A stretch of 64,000 nt of DNA from Eledone cirrhosa. Its lineage: Eukaryota. Below the pieces are notes generated by a model, which was not told the origin of the DNA, searched no databases, and saw only the letters and a program-made list of their open reading frames with translations. Below, in pieces: positions 50,601 through 64,000 of this stretch. The stretch covers positions 37,944,001 through 38,008,000 of the forward strand of contig OZ024758.1 in assembly GCA_964016885.1 (NCBI GenBank), given 5' to 3'. A program made the position numbers and the translations under genes. The stretch's first letter is position 1. Each line of letters begins with the position of its first letter.

Positions 50601-53210
50601 TGTTGGTGAGAATTCATTTAAGTTCATGGTATTAGCTGTCAGAAGTAACTCCACTGTTGGTGAGAATTCATTTAAGTCATGGTATTAGCTGTCAGAAGTA
50701 ACTCCATTGTTGGTGAGAATTCATTTAAGTCATGGTACTAGCTGTCAGAAGTAACTCCAATGTTGGTGAGAATTCATTTAAGTCATGGTACTAGCTGTCA
50801 GAAGTAACTCCAATGTTGGTGAGAATTCATTTAAGTTCATGTTATTAGCTGTCAGAAGGAACTCCACTGTTGGTGAGAATACATTTAAGTTCATGATACT
50901 AGCTGTCAGAAGTAACCCCAATGTTGGTGAGAATTCATTTAAGTTCATGGTATTAGCTGTCAGAAGTCACTCCAATGTTGGTGAGAATTGATTTAAGTTC
51001 ATGGTATTAGCTGTCAGAAGTAACTCCACTGTTGGTAAGAATTCATTTAAGTTCATGGTATTAGCTGTCAGAAGTAACTCCACTGTTGGTGAGAATTCAT
51101 TTAAGTTCATGGTATTAGCTGTCAGAAGGAACGCCACTGTTGGTGAGAATTCATTTACGTTCATGGTACAAGCTGTCAGAAGTAATTCCAATGTTGGTGA
51201 GAATTCATTTAAGTTCATGGTATTAGCTGTCAGAAGGAACGCCACTGTTGGTGAGAATTCATTTAAGTTCATGGTATTAGCTGTCAGAAGTAACTCCTCT
51301 GTTGGTGAGAATTCATTTAAGTTCATGGTACTAGCTGTCAGAAGTAACTCCAATGTTGGTGAGAATTCATTTAAGTTCATGGTATTAGCTGTCAGAAGGA
51401 ACTCCACTGTTGCTGAGAATTCATTTAAGTTCATGGTATTAGCTGTCAGAAGTAACTCCACTGTTGGTGAGAATTCATTTAAGTTCATGGTACTAGCTGT
51501 CAGAAGTAACTCCAATGTTGGTGAGAATTCATTTAAGTTCATGGTATTAGCTGTCAGAAGTCAATCCAATGTTGGTGAGAATTCATTTAAGTTCATGGTA
51601 TTAGCTGTCAGAAGTCACTCCACTGTTGGTGAGAATTCATTTAAGTTCATGGTACTAGCTGTCAGAAGTAACCCCAATGTTGGTGAGAATTCATTTAAGT
51701 TCATGGTATTAGCTGTCAGAAGTCACTCCAATGTTGGTGAGAATTCATTTAAGTTCATGGTATTAGCTGTCAGAAGTAACTCCACTGTTGGTGAGAATTC
51801 ATTTAAGTTCATGGTATTAGTTTGTCAGAAGTAACTCCACTGTTGGTGAGAATTCATTTAAGTCATGGCATTAGTTGTCAGAAGTAACTCCATTGTTGGT
51901 GAGAATTCATTTAAGTTCATGGTATTAGCTGTCAGAAGGAACTCCACTGTTGGTGAGAATTCATTTAAGTTCATGGTATTAGCTGTCAGAAGTAACTCCA
52001 CTGTTGGTGAGAATTCATTTAAGTCATGGTATTAGCTGTCAGAAGTAACTCCATTGTTGGTGAGAATTCATTTAAGTCATGGTACTAGCTGTCAGAAGTA
52101 ACTCCAATGTTGGTGAGAATTCATTTAAGTCATGGTACTAGCTGTCAGAAGTAACTCCAATGTTGGTGAGAATTCATTTAAGTTCATGTTATTAGCTGTC
52201 AGAAGGAACTCCACTGTTGGTGAGAATACATTTAAGTTCATGATACTAGCTGTCAGAAGTAACCCCAATGTTGGTGAGAATTCATTTAAGTTCATGGTAT
52301 TAGCTGTCAGAAGTCACTCCAATGTTGGTGAGAATTGATTTAAGTTCATGGTATTAGCTGTCAGAAGTAACTCCACTGTTGGTAAGAATTCATTTAAGTT
52401 CATGGTATTAGCTGTCAGAAGTAACTCCACTGTTGGTGAGAATTCATTTAAGTTCATGGTATTAGCTGTCAGAAGGAACGCCACTGTTGGTGAGAATTCA
52501 TTTACGTTCATGGTACAAGCTGTCAGAAGTAATTCCAATGTTGGTGAGAATTCATTTAAGTTCATGGTATTAGCTGTCAGAAGGAACGCCACTGTTGGTG
52601 AGAATTCATTTAAGTTCATGGTATTAGCTGTCAGAAGTAACTCCTCTGTTGGTGAGAATTCATTTAAGTTCATGGTACTAGCTGTCAGAAGTAACTCCAA
52701 TGTTGGTGAGAATTCATTTAAGTTCATGGTATTAGCTGTCAGAAGGAACTCCACTGTTGCTGAGAATTCATTTAAGTTCATGGTATTAGCTGTCAGAAGT
52801 AACTCCACTGTTGGTGAGAATTCATTTAAGTTCATGGTACTAGCTGTCAGAAGTAACTCCAATGTTGGTGAGAATTCATTTAAGTTCATGGTATTAGCTG
52901 TCAGAAGTCAATCCAATGTTGGTGAGAATTCATTTAAGTTCATGGTATTAGCTGTCAGAAGTCACTCCACTGTTGGTGAGAATTCATTTAAGTTCATGGT
53001 ACTAGCTGTCAGAAGTAACCCCAATGTTGGTGAGAATTCATTTAAGTTCATGGTATTAGCTGTCAGAAGTCACTCCAATGTTGGTGAGAATTCATTTAAG
53101 TTCATGGTATTAGCTGTCAGAAGTAACTCCACTGTTGGTGAGAATTCATTTAAGTTCATGGTATTAGTTTGTCAGAAGTAACTCCACTGTTGGTGAGAAT
53201 TCATTTAAGT
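47560..53210. repeat. Overlapping tandem duplications with periods 1,991 bp (37 monomers) and 1,347 bp (25 monomers)
   Basis: Offsets 47987/49978, 48794/50785 and 49010/51001 are 1,991, with shared CAGAGGT, ATTGTAGG and GTGAAAATT variants. Offsets 50785/52132 and 51001/52348 are 1,347. GGCATTAG occurs at ~48531, ~50522 and ~51869. Confidence 0.85.
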
Positions 53211-56200
53211 CATGGTATTAGTTGTCAGAAGTAACTCCAATGTTGGTGAGAATTCATTTAAGTTCATGGTATTAGCTGTCAGAAGGAACTCCACTGTTGG
53301 TGAGAATTCATTTAAGTTCATGGTATTAGCTGTCAGAAGTAACTCCACTGTTGGTGAGAATTCATTTAAGTCATGGTATTAGCTGTCAGAAGTAACTCCA
53401 TTGTTGGTGAGAATTCATTTAAGTCATGGTACTAGCTGTCAGAAGTAACTCCAATGTTGGTGAGAATTCATTTAAGTCATGGTATTAGCTGTCAGAAGTA
53501 ACTCCATTGTTGGTGAGAATTCATTTAAGTCATGGTACTAGCTGTCAGAAGTAACTCCAATGTTGGTGAGAATTCATTTAAGTTCATGTTATTAGCTGTC
53601 AGAAGGAACTCCACTGTTGGTGAGAATACATTTAAGTTCATGGTACTAGCTGTCAGAAGTAACCCCAATGTTGGTGAGAATTCATTTAAGTTCATGGTAT
53701 TAGCTGTCAGAAGTCACTCCAATGTTGGTGAGAATTCATTTAAGTTCATGGTATTAGCTGTCAGAAGTAACTCCACTGTTGGTGAGAATTCATTTAAGTT
53801 CATGGTATTAGCTGTCAGAAGTCACTCCACTGTTGGTGAGAATTCATTTAAGTGCATGGTACTAGCTGTCAGAAGTAACCCCAATGTTGGTGAGAATTCA
53901 TTTAAGTTCATGGTATTAGCTGTCAGAAGTCACTCCAATGTTGGTGAGAATTCATTTAAGTTCATGGTATTAGCTGTCAGAAGTAACTCCACTGTTGGTG
54001 AGAATTCATTTAAGTTCATGGTTATAGTTTGTCAGAAGTAACTCCACTGTTGGTGAGAATTCATTTAAGTCATGGTATTAGTTGTCAGAAGTAACTCCAT
54101 TGTTGGTGAGAATTCATTTAAGTTCATGGTATTAGCTGTCAGAAGGAACTCCACTGTTGGTGAGAATTCATTTAAGTTCATGGTATTAGCTGTCAGAAGT
54201 AACTCCACTGTTGGTGAGAATTCATTTAAGTCATGGTATTAGCTGTCAGAAGTAACTCCATTGTTGGTGAGAATTCATTTAAGTCATGGTACTAGCTGTC
54301 AGAAGTAACTCCAATGTTGGTGAGAATTCATTTAAGTCATGGTACTAGCTGTCAGAAGTAACTCCAATGTTGGTGAGAATTCATTTAAGTTCATGTTATT
54401 AGCTGTCAGAAGGAACTCCACTGTTGGTGAGAATACATTTAAGTTCATGATACTAGCTGTCAGAAGTAACCCCAATGTTGGTGAGAATTCATTTAAGTTC
54501 ATGGTATTAGCTGTCAGAAGTCACTCCAATGTTGGTGAGAATTGATTTAAGTTCATGGTATTAGCTGTCAGAAGTAACTCCACTGTTGGTAAGAATTCAT
54601 TTAAGTTCATGGTATTAGCTGTCAGAAGTAACTCCACTGTTGGTGAGAATTCATTTAAGTTCATGGTATTAGCTGTCAGAAGGAACGCCACTGTTGGTGA
54701 GAATTCATTTACGTTCATGGTACAAGCTGTCAGAAGTAATTCCAATGTTGGTGAGAATTCATTTAAGTTCATGGTATTAGCTGTCAGAAGGAACTCCACT
54801 GTTGGTGAGAATTCATTTAAGTTCATGGTATTAGCTGTCAGAAGGAACTCCAATGTTGGTGAGAATTCATTTACGTCATGGTACTAGCTGTCAGAAGTAA
54901 CTCCACTGTTGGTGAGAATTCATTTAAGTTCATGGTATTAGCTGTCAGAAGGAACGCCACTGTTGGTGAGAATTCATTTAAGTTCATGGTATTAGCTGTC
55001 AGAAGTAACTCCACTGTTGGTGAGAATTCATTTAAGTTCATGGTACTAGCTGTCAGAAGTAACTCCAATGTTGGTGAGAATTCATTTAAGTTCATGGTAT
55101 TAGCTGTCAGAAGGAACTCCACTGTTGGTGAGAATTCATTTAAGTTCATGGTATTAGCTGTCAGAAGTAACTCCACTGTTGGTGAGAATTCATTTAAGTT
55201 CATGGTATTAGCTGTCAGAAGGAACTCCAATGTTGGTGAGAATTCATTTAAGTCATGGTACTAGCTGTCAGAAGTAACTCCACTGTTGGTGAGAATTCAT
55301 TTAAGTTCATGGTATTAGCTGTCAGAAGGAACGCCACTGTTGGTGAGAATTCATTTAAGTTCATGGTATTAGCTGTCAGAAGTAACTCCTCTGTTGGTGA
55401 GAATTCATTTAAGTTCATGGTATTAGCTGTCAGAAGTAACTCCACTGTTGGTGAGAATTCATTTAAGTTCATGGTACTAGCTGTCAGAAGTAACTCCAAT
55501 GTTGGTGAGAATTCATTTAAGTTCATGGTATTAGCTGTCAGAAGTCAATCCAATGTTGGTGAGAATTCATTTAAGTTCATGGTATTAGCTGTCAGAAGTC
55601 ACTCCACTGTTGGTGAGAATTCATTTAAGTTCATGGTACTAGCTGTCAGAAGTAACCCCAATGTTGGTGAGAATTCATTTAAGTTCATGGTACTAGCTGT
55701 CAGAAGTCACTCCAATGTTGGTGAGAATTCATTTAAGTTCATGGTATTAGCTGTCAGAAGTAACTCCACTGTTGGTGAGAATTCATTTAAGTTCATGGTA
55801 CTAGCTGTCAGAAGTAACTCCAATGTTGGTGAGAATTCATTTAAGTTCATGGTATTAGCTGTCAGAAGTCAATCCAATGTTGGTGAGAATTCATTTAAGT
55901 TCATGGTATTAGCTGTCAGAAGTCACTCCACTGTTGGTGAGAATTCATTTAAGTTCATGGTACTAGCTGTCAGAAGTAACCCCAATGTTGGTGAGAATTC
56001 ATTTAAGTTCATGGTATTAGCTGTCAGAAGTAACTCCACTGTTGGTGAGAATTCATTTAAGTTCATGGTATTAGTTTGTCAGAAGTAACTCCACTGTTGG
56101 TGAGAATTCATTTAAGTCATGGTATTAGTTGTCAGAAGTAACTCCAATGTTGGTGAGAATTCATTTAAGTTCATGGTATTAGCTGTCAGAAGGAACTCCA

Positions 56201-59200
56201 CTGTTGGTGAGAATTCATTTAAGTTCATGGTATTAGCTGTCAGAAGTCACTCCAATGTTGGTGAGAATTCATTTAAGTTCATGGTATTAGCTGTCAGAAG
56301 TAACTCCACTGTTGGTGAGAATTCATTTAAGTTCATGGTATTAGTTTGTCAGAAGTAACTCCACTGTTGGTGAGAATTCATTTAAGTCATGGTATTAGTT
56401 GTCAGAAGTAACTCCAATGTTGGTGAGAATTCATTTAAGTTCATGGTATTAGCTGTCAGAAGGAACTCCACTGTTGGTGAGAATTCATTTAAGTTCATGG
56501 TATTAGCTGTCAGAAGTAACTCCACTGTTGGTGAGAATTCATTTAAGTCATGGTATTAGCTGTCAGAAGTAACTCCATTGTTGGTGAGAATTCATTTAAG
56601 TCATGGTACTAGCTGTCAGAAGTAACTCCAATGTTGGTGAGAATTCATTTAAGTCATGGTATTAGCTGTCAGAAGTAACTCCATTGTTGGTGAGAATTCA
56701 TTTAAGTCATGGTACTAGCTGTCAGAAGTAACTCCAATGTTGGTGAGAATTCATTTAAGTTCATGTTATTAGCTGTCAGAAGGAACTCCACTGTTGGTGA
56801 GAATACATTTAAGTTCATGGTACTAGCTGTCAGAAGTAACCCCAATGTTGGTGAGAATTCATTTAAGTTCATGGTATTAGCTGTCAGAAGTCACTCCAAT
56901 GTTGGTGAGAATTCATTTAATTTCATGGTATTAGCTGTCAGAAGTAACTCCACTGTTGGTGAGAATTCATTTAAGTTCATGGTATTAGCTGTCAGAAGTC
57001 ACTCCACTGTTGGTGAGAATTCATTTAAGTGCATGGTACTAGCTGTCAGAAGTAACCCCAATGTTGGTGAGAATTCATTTAAGTTCATGGTATTAGCTGT
57101 CAGAAGTCACTCCAATGTTGGTGAGAATTCATTTAAGTTCATGGTATTAGCTGTCAGAAGTAACTCCACTGTTGGTGAGAATTCATTTAAGTTCATGGTA
57201 TTAGTTTGTCAGAAGTAACTCCACTGTTGGTGAGAATTCATTTAAGTCATGGTATTAGTTGTCAGAAGTAACTCCATTGTTGGTGAGAATTCATTTAAGT
57301 TCATGGTATTAGCTGTCAGAAGGAACTCCACTGTTGGTGAGAATTCATTTAAGTTCATGGTATTAGCTGTCAGAAGTAACTCCACTGTTGGTGAGAATTC
57401 ATTTAAGTCATGGTATTAGCTGTCAGAAGTAACTCCATTGTTGGTGAGAATTCATTTAAGTCATGGTACTAGCTGTCAGAAGTAACTCCAATGTTGGTGA
57501 GAATTCATTTAAGTCATGGTACTAGCTGTCAGAAGTAACTCCAATGTTGGTGAGAATTCATTTAAGATCATGTTATTAGCTGTCAGAAGGAACTCCACTG
57601 TTGGTGAGAATACATTTAAGTTCATGATACTAGCTGTCAGAAGTAACCCCAATGTTGGTGAGAATTCATTTAAGTTCATGGTATTAGCTGTCAGAAGTCA
57701 CTCCAATGTTGGTGAGAATTGATTTAAGTTCATGGTATTAGCTGTCAGAAGTAACTCCACTGTTGGTAAGAATTCATTTAAGTTCATGGTATTAGCTGTC
57801 AGAAGTAACTCCACTGTTGGTGAGAATTCATTTAAGTTCATGGTATTAGCTGTCAGAAGGAACGCCACTGTTGGTGAGAATTCATTTACGTTCATGGTAC
57901 AAGCTGTCAGAAGTAATTCCAATGTTGGTGAGAATTCATTTAAGTTCATGGTATTAGCTGTCAGAAGGAACTCCACTGTTGGTGAGAATTCATTTAAGTT
58001 CATGGTATTAGCTGTCAGAAGGAACTCCAATGTTGGTGAGAATTCATTTAAGTCATGGTACTAGCTGTCAGAAGTAACTCCACTGTTGGTGAGAATTCAT
58101 TTAAGTTCATGGTATTAGCTGTCAGAAGGAACGCCACTGTTGGTGAGAATTCATTTAAGTTCATGGTATTAGCTGTCAGAAGTAACTCCACTGTTGGTGA
58201 GAATTCATTTAAGTTCATGGTACTAGCTGTCAGAAGTAACTCCAATGTTGGTGAGAATTCATTTAAGTTCATGGTATTAGCTGTCAGAAGGAACTCCACT
58301 GTTGGTGAGAATTCATTTAAGTTCATGGTATTAGCTGTCAGAAGTAACTCCACTGTTGGTGAGAATTCATTTAAGTTCATGGTATTAGCTGTCAGAAGGA
58401 ACTCCAATGTTGGTGAGAATTCATTTAAGTCATGGTACTAGCTGTCAGAAGTAACTCCACTGTTGGTGAGAATTCATTTAAGTTCATGGTATTAGCTGTC
58501 AGAAGGAACGCCACTGTTGGTGAGAATTCATTTAAGTTCATGGTATTAGCTGTCAGAAGTAACTCCTCTGTTGGTGAGAATTCATTTAAGTTCATGGTAC
58601 TAGCTGTCAGAAGTAACTCCAATGTTGGTGAGAATTCATTTAAGTTCATGGTATTAGCTGTCAGAAGGAACTCCACTGTTGCTGAGAATTCATTTAAGTT
58701 CATGGTATTAGCTGTCAGAAGTAACTCCACTGTTGGTGAGAATTCATTTAAGTTCATGGTACTAGCTGTCAGAAGTAACTCCATTGTTGGTGAGAATTCA
58801 TTTAAGTTCATGGTATTAGCTGTCAGAAGTCAATCCAATGTTGGTGAGAATTCATTTAAGTTCATGGTATTAGCTGTCAGAAGTCACTCCACTGTTGGTG
58901 AGAATTCATTTAAGTTCATGGTACTAGCTGTCAGAAGTAACCCCAATGTTGGTGAGAATTCATTTAAGTTCATGGTACTAGCTGTCAGAAGTCACTCCAA
59001 TGTTGGTGAGAATTCATTTAAGTTCATGGTATTAGCTGTCAGAAGTAACTCCACTGTTGGTGAGAATTCATTTAAGTTCATGGTACTAGCTGTCAGAAGT
59101 AACTCCAATGTTGGTGAGAATTCATTTAAGTTCATGGTATTAGCTGTCAGAAGTCAATCCAATGTTGGTGAGAATTCATTTAAGTTCATGGTATTAGCTG

Positions 59201-62200
59201 TCAGAAGTCACTCCACTGTTGGTGAGAATTCATTTAAGTTCATGGTACTAGCTGTCAGAAGTAACCCCAATGTTGGTGAGAATTCATTTAAGTTCATGGT
59301 ATTAGCTGTCAGAAGTAACTCCACTGTTGGTGAGAATTCATTTAAGTTCATGGTATTAGTTTGTCAGAAGTAACTCCAATGTTGGTGAGAATTCATTTAA
59401 GTCATGGTATTAGTTGTCAGAAGTAACTCCAATGTTGGTGAGAATTCATTTAAGTTCATGGTATTAGCTGTCAGAAGGAACTCCACTGTTGGTGAGAATT
59501 CATTTAAGTTCATGGTATTAGCTGTCAGAAGTAACTCCACTGTTGGTGAGAATTCATTTAAGTCATGGTATTAGCTGTCAGAAGTAACTCCATTGTTGGT
59601 GAGAATTCATTTAAGTCATGGTACTAGCTGTCAGAAGTAACTCCAATGTTGGTGAGAATTCATTTAAGTCATGGTATTAGCTGTCAGAAGTAACTCCATT
59701 GTTGGTGAGAATTCATTTAAGTCATGGTACTAGCTGTCAGAAGTAACTCCAATGTTGGTGAGAATTCATTTAAGTTCATGTTATTAGCTGTCAGAAGGAA
59801 CTCCACTGTTGGTGAGAATACATTTAAGTTCATGGTACTAGCTGTCAGAAGTAACCCCAATGTTGGTGAGAATTCATTTAAGTTCATGGTATTAGCTGTC
59901 AGAAGTCACTCCAATGTTGGTGAGAATTCATTTAAGTTCATGGTATTAGCTGTCAGAAGTAACTCCACTGTTGGTGAGAATTCATTTAAGTTCATGGTAT
60001 TAGCTGTCAGAAGTCACTCCACTGTTGGTGAGAATTCATTTAAGTGCATGGTACTAGCTGTCAGAAGTAACCCCAATGTTGGTGAGAATTCATTTAAGTT
60101 CATGGTATTAGCTGTCAGAAGTCACTCCAATGTTGGTGAGAATTCATTTAAGTTCATGGTATTAGCTGTCAGAAGTAACTCCACTGTTGGTGAGAATTCA
60201 TTTAAGTTCATGGTATTAGTTTGTCAGAAGTAACTCCACTGTTGGTGAGAATTCATTTAAGTCATGGTATTAGTTGTCAGAAGTAACTCCATTGTTGGTG
60301 AGAATTCATTTAAGTTCATGGTATTAGCTGTCAGAAGGAACTCCACTGTTGGTGAGAATTCATTTAAGTTCATGGTATTAGCTGTCAGAAGTAACTCCAC
60401 TGTTGGTGAGAATTCATTTAAGTCATGGTATTAGCTGTCAGAAGTAACTCCATTGTTGGTGAGAATTCATTTAAGTCATGGTACTAGCTGTCAGAAGTAA
60501 CTCCAATGTTGGTGAGAATTCATTTAAGTCATGGTACTAGCTGTCAGAAGTAACTCCAATGTTGGTGAGAATTCATTTAAGTTCATGTTATTAGCTGTCA
60601 GAAGGAACTCCACTGTTGGTGAGAATACATTTAAGTTCATGATACTAGCTGTCAGAAGTAACCCCAATGTTGGTGAGAATTCATTTAAGTTCATGGTATT
60701 AGCTGTCAGAAGTCACTCCAATGTTGGTGAGAATTGATTTAAGTTCATGGTATTAGCTGTCAGAAGTAACTCCACTGTTGGTAAGAATTCATTTAAGTTC
60801 ATGGTATTAGCTGTCAGAAGTAACTCCACTGTTGGTGAGAATTCATTTAAGTTCATGGTATTAGCTGTCAGAAGGAACGCCACTGTTGGTGAGAATTCAT
60901 TTACGTTCATGGTACAAGCTGTCAGAAGTAATTCCAATGTTGGTGAGAATTCATTTAAGTTCATGGTATTAGCTGTCAGAAGGAACTCCACTGTTGGTGA
61001 GAATTCATTTAAGTTCATGGTATTAGCTGTCAGAAGGAACTCCAATGTTGGTGAGAATTCATTTAAGTCATGGTACTAGCTGTCAGAAGTAACTCCACTG
61101 TTGGTGAGAATTCATTTAAGTTCATGGTATTAGCTGTCAGAAGGAACGCCACTGTTGGTGAGAATTCATTTAAGTTCATGGTATTAGCTGTCAGAAGTAA
61201 CTCCACTGTTGGTGAGAATTCATTTAAGTTCATGGTACTAGCTGTCAGAAGTAACTCCAATGTTGGTGAGAATTCATTTAAGTTCATGGTATTAGCTGTC
61301 AGAAGGAACTCCACTGTTGGTGAGAATTCATTTAAGTTCATGGTATTAGCTGTCAGAAGTAACTCCACTGTTGGTGAGAATTCATTTAAGTTCATGGTAT
61401 TAGCTGTCAGAAGGAACTCCAATGTTGGTGAGAATTCATTTAAGTCATGGTACTAGCTGTCAGAAGTAACTCCACTGTTGGTGAGAATTCATTTAAGTTC
61501 ATGGTATTAGCTGTCAGAAGGAACGCCACTGTTGGTGAGAATTCATTTAAGTTCATGGTATTAGCTGTCAGAAGTAACTCCTCTGTTGGTGAGAATTCAT
61601 TTAAGTTCATGGTACTAGCTGTCAGAAGTAACTCCAATGTTGGTGAGAATTCATTTAAGTTCATGGTATTAGCTGTCAGAAGGAACTCCACTGTTGCTGA
61701 GAATTCATTTAAGTTCATGGTATTAGCTGTCAGAAGTAACTCCACTGTTGGTGAGAATTCATTTAAGTTCATGGTACTAGCTGTCAGAAGTAACTCCATT
61801 GTTGGTGAGAATTCATTTAAGTTCATGGTATTAGCTGTCAGAAGTCAATCCAATGTTGGTGAGAATTCATTTAAGTTCATGGTATTAGCTGTCAGAAGTC
61901 ACTCCACTGTTGGTGAGAATTCATTTAAGTTCATGGTACTAGCTGTCAGAAGTAACCCCAATGTTGGTGAGAATTCATTTAAGTTCATGGTACTAGCTGT
62001 CAGAAGTCACTCCAATGTTGGTGAGAATTCATTTAAGTTCATGGTATTAGCTGTCAGAAGTAACTCCACTGTTGGTGAGAATTCATTTAAGTTCATGGTA
62101 CTAGCTGTCAGAAGTAACTCCAATGTTGGTGAGAATTCATTTAAGTTCATGGTATTAGCTGTCAGAAGTCAATCCAATGTTGGTGAGAATTCATTTAAGT

Positions 62201-64000
62201 TCATGGTATTAGCTGTCAGAAGTCACTCCACTGTTGGTGAGAATTCATTTAAGTTCATGGTACTAGCTGTCAGAAGTAACCCCAATGTTGGTGAGAATTC
62301 ATTTAAGTTCATGGTATTAGCTGTCAGAAGTAACTCCACTGTTGGTGAGAATTCATTTAAGTTCATGGTATTAGTTTGTCAGAAGTAACTCCAATGTTGG
62401 TGAGAATTCATTTAAGTCATGGTATTAGTTGTCAGAAGTAACTCCAATGTTGGTGAGAATTCATTTAAGTTCATGGTATTAGCTGTCAGAAGGAACTCCA
62501 CTGTTGGTGAGAATTCATTTAAGTTCATGGTATTAGCTGTCAGAAGTAACTCCACTGTTGGTGAGAATTCATTTAAGTCATGGTATTAGCTGTCAGAAGT
62601 AACTCCATTGTTGGTGAGAATTCATTTAAGTCATGGTACTAGCTGTCAGAAGTAACTCCAATGTTGGTGAGAATTCATTTAAGTCATGGTATTAGCTGTC
62701 AGAAGTAACTCCATTGTTGGTGAGAATTCATTTAAGTCATGGTACTAGCTGTCAGAAGTAACTCCAATGTTGGTGAGAATTCATTTAAGTTCATGTTATT
62801 AGCTGTCAGAAGGAACTCCACTGTTGGTGAGAATACATTTAAGTTCATGGTACTAGCTGTCAGAAGTAACCCCAATGTTGGTGAGAATTCATTTAAGTTC
62901 ATGGTATTAGCTGTCAGAAGTCACTCCAATGTTGGTGAGAATTCATTTAAGTTCATGGTATTAGCTGTCAGAAGTAACTCCACTGTTGGTGAGAATTCAT
63001 TTAAGTTCATGGTATTAGCTGTCAGAAGTCACTCCACTGTTGGTGAGAATTCATTTAAGTGCATGGTACTAGCTGTCAGAAGTAACCCCAATGTTGGTGA
63101 GAATTCATTTAAGTTCATGGTATTAGCTGTCAGAAGTCACTCCAATGTTGGTGAGAATTCATTTAAGTTCATGGTATTAGCTGTCAGAAGTAACTCCACT
63201 GTTGGTGAGAATTCATTTAAGTTCATGGTATTAGTTTGTCAGAAGTAACTCCACTGTTGGTGAGAATTCATTTAAGTCATGGTATTAGTTGTCAGAAGTA
63301 ACTCCATTGTTGGTGAGAATTCATTTAAGTTCATGGTATTAGCTGTCAGAAGGAACTCCACTGTTGGTGAGAATTCATTTAAGTTCATGGTATTAGCTGT
63401 CAGAAGTAACTCCACTGTTGGTGAGAATTCATTTAAGTCATGGTATTAGCTGTCAGAAGTAACTCCATTGTTGGTGAGAATTCATTTAAGTCATGGTACT
63501 AGCTGTCAGAAGTAACTCCAATGTTGGTGAGAATTCATTTAAGTCATGGTACTAGCTGTCAGAAGTAACTCCAATGTTGGTGAGAATTCATTTAAGTTCA
63601 TGTTATTAGCTGTCAGAAGGAACTCCACTGTTGGTGAGAATACATTTAAGTTCATGATACTAGCTGTCAGAAGTAACCCCAATGTTGGTGAGAATTCATT
63701 TAAGTTCATGGTATTAGCTGTCAGAAGTCACTCCAATGTTGGTGAGAATTGATTGAAGTTCATGGTATTAGCTGTCAGAAGTAACTCCACTGTTGGTAAG
63801 AATTCATTTAAGTTCATGGTATTAGCTGTCAGAAGTAACTCCACTGTTGGTGAGAATTCATTTAAGTTCATGGTATTAGCTGTCAGAAGGAACGCCACTG
63901 TTGGTGAGAATTCATTTACGTTCATGGTACAAGCTGTCAGAAGTAATTCCAATGTTGGTGAGAATTCATTTAAGTTCATGGTATTAGCTGTCAGAAGGAA
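53200..64000. repeat. Higher-order repeat with period 3,015 bp (56 monomers), about 2.5 copies plus a preceding 3,177-bp variant unit
   Basis: Offsets 56709/59724/62739, 57516/60531/63546 and 58432/61447 are all 3,015. Offsets 53532/56709 and 54339/57516 are 3,177. Confidence 0.88.

Larger units (their letters stand above)
1..64000. repeat. Tandem satellite DNA array with a 54-bp monomer (53-bp variant common), about 1,190 copies, running off both window edges
   Basis: Monomer ATGGTATTAGCTGTCAGAAGTAACTCCACTGTTGGTGAGAATTCATTTAAGTTC repeats head-to-tail (starts at 51, 105, 159, 213...). Most copies differ from consensus by 0-3 substitutions at a few recurrent positions or by loss of one T (AAGTTC>AAGTC). 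No inversion or non-satellite insertion was seen. Confidence 0.99.

Noticed and set aside
51-63752. Plus-strand ORFs of up to 362 aa made of the repeat MVLAVRSNSTVGENSFKF
   Set aside because: They follow from a 54-bp stop-free frame. Frameshifting 53-bp monomers are frequent (22 of 86 in one block), in-frame stops (GAATTGA, GTATGA) are propagated by duplication, most variants change the amino acid, and there is no unique N- or C-terminal sequence.
395-63979. Minus-strand ORFs repeating MNLNEFSPTVELLLTANT
   Set aside because: These are the antisense shadow of the same repeat. The common TCAC variant creates a TGA and the 53-bp units break the frame.
1-64000. CRISPR-like array (constant segment alternating with a variable segment)
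   Set aside because: The variable part differs only by 1-3 recurrent SNPs. There are no unique spacers, leader or cas genes.
1-64000. Loss of one T (AAGTTC>AAGTC) as a sequencing homopolymer error
   Set aside because: The deletions recur at the same monomers in paralogous blocks and are linked to specific SNPs, which fits real inherited variants.
1-64000. Synthetic concatemer (EcoRI site in every unit), telomeric repeat, or tRNA/5S/spliced-leader RNA array
   Set aside because: Hierarchically inherited SNPs and nested duplications indicate natural evolution. I saw no telomere-like G-rich short motif, no recognisable Pol III boxes or cloverleaf, and no gene-spacer alternation.

Overview
The whole 64 kb window is one uninterrupted head-to-tail satellite array of about 1,190 monomers in a single orientation. 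The 54-bp consensus is ATGGTAYTAGCTGTCAGAAGTAACTCCAMTGTTGGTGAGAATTCATTTAAGTTC (about 37% GC, one EcoRI site per monomer), with a common 53-bp form ending AAGTC. I found no genes, RNA genes, transposons or unique sequence. The ORFs in the track arise because 54 is divisible by 3 and one frame on each strand lacks a stop. The structure is in the order of the monomer variants: (i) a 3-monomer (~162 bp) phase; (ii) an ordered marker cassette recurring about 39 times at irregular spacing; (iii) nested, in-register tandem duplications of 1.3-4.6 kb and 10-16 kb super-repeats; (iv) a change of variant set near 37 kb, leading to a 3,015-bp (56-monomer) higher-order repeat at the 3' end. This looks like a young, homogenising eukaryotic satellite, possibly centromeric or pericentromeric. 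I cannot identify the organism or family, and I see no evidence of a new protein-coding system. Duplication offsets come from ORF-track coordinates plus spot checks by eye, so breakpoints are approximate.
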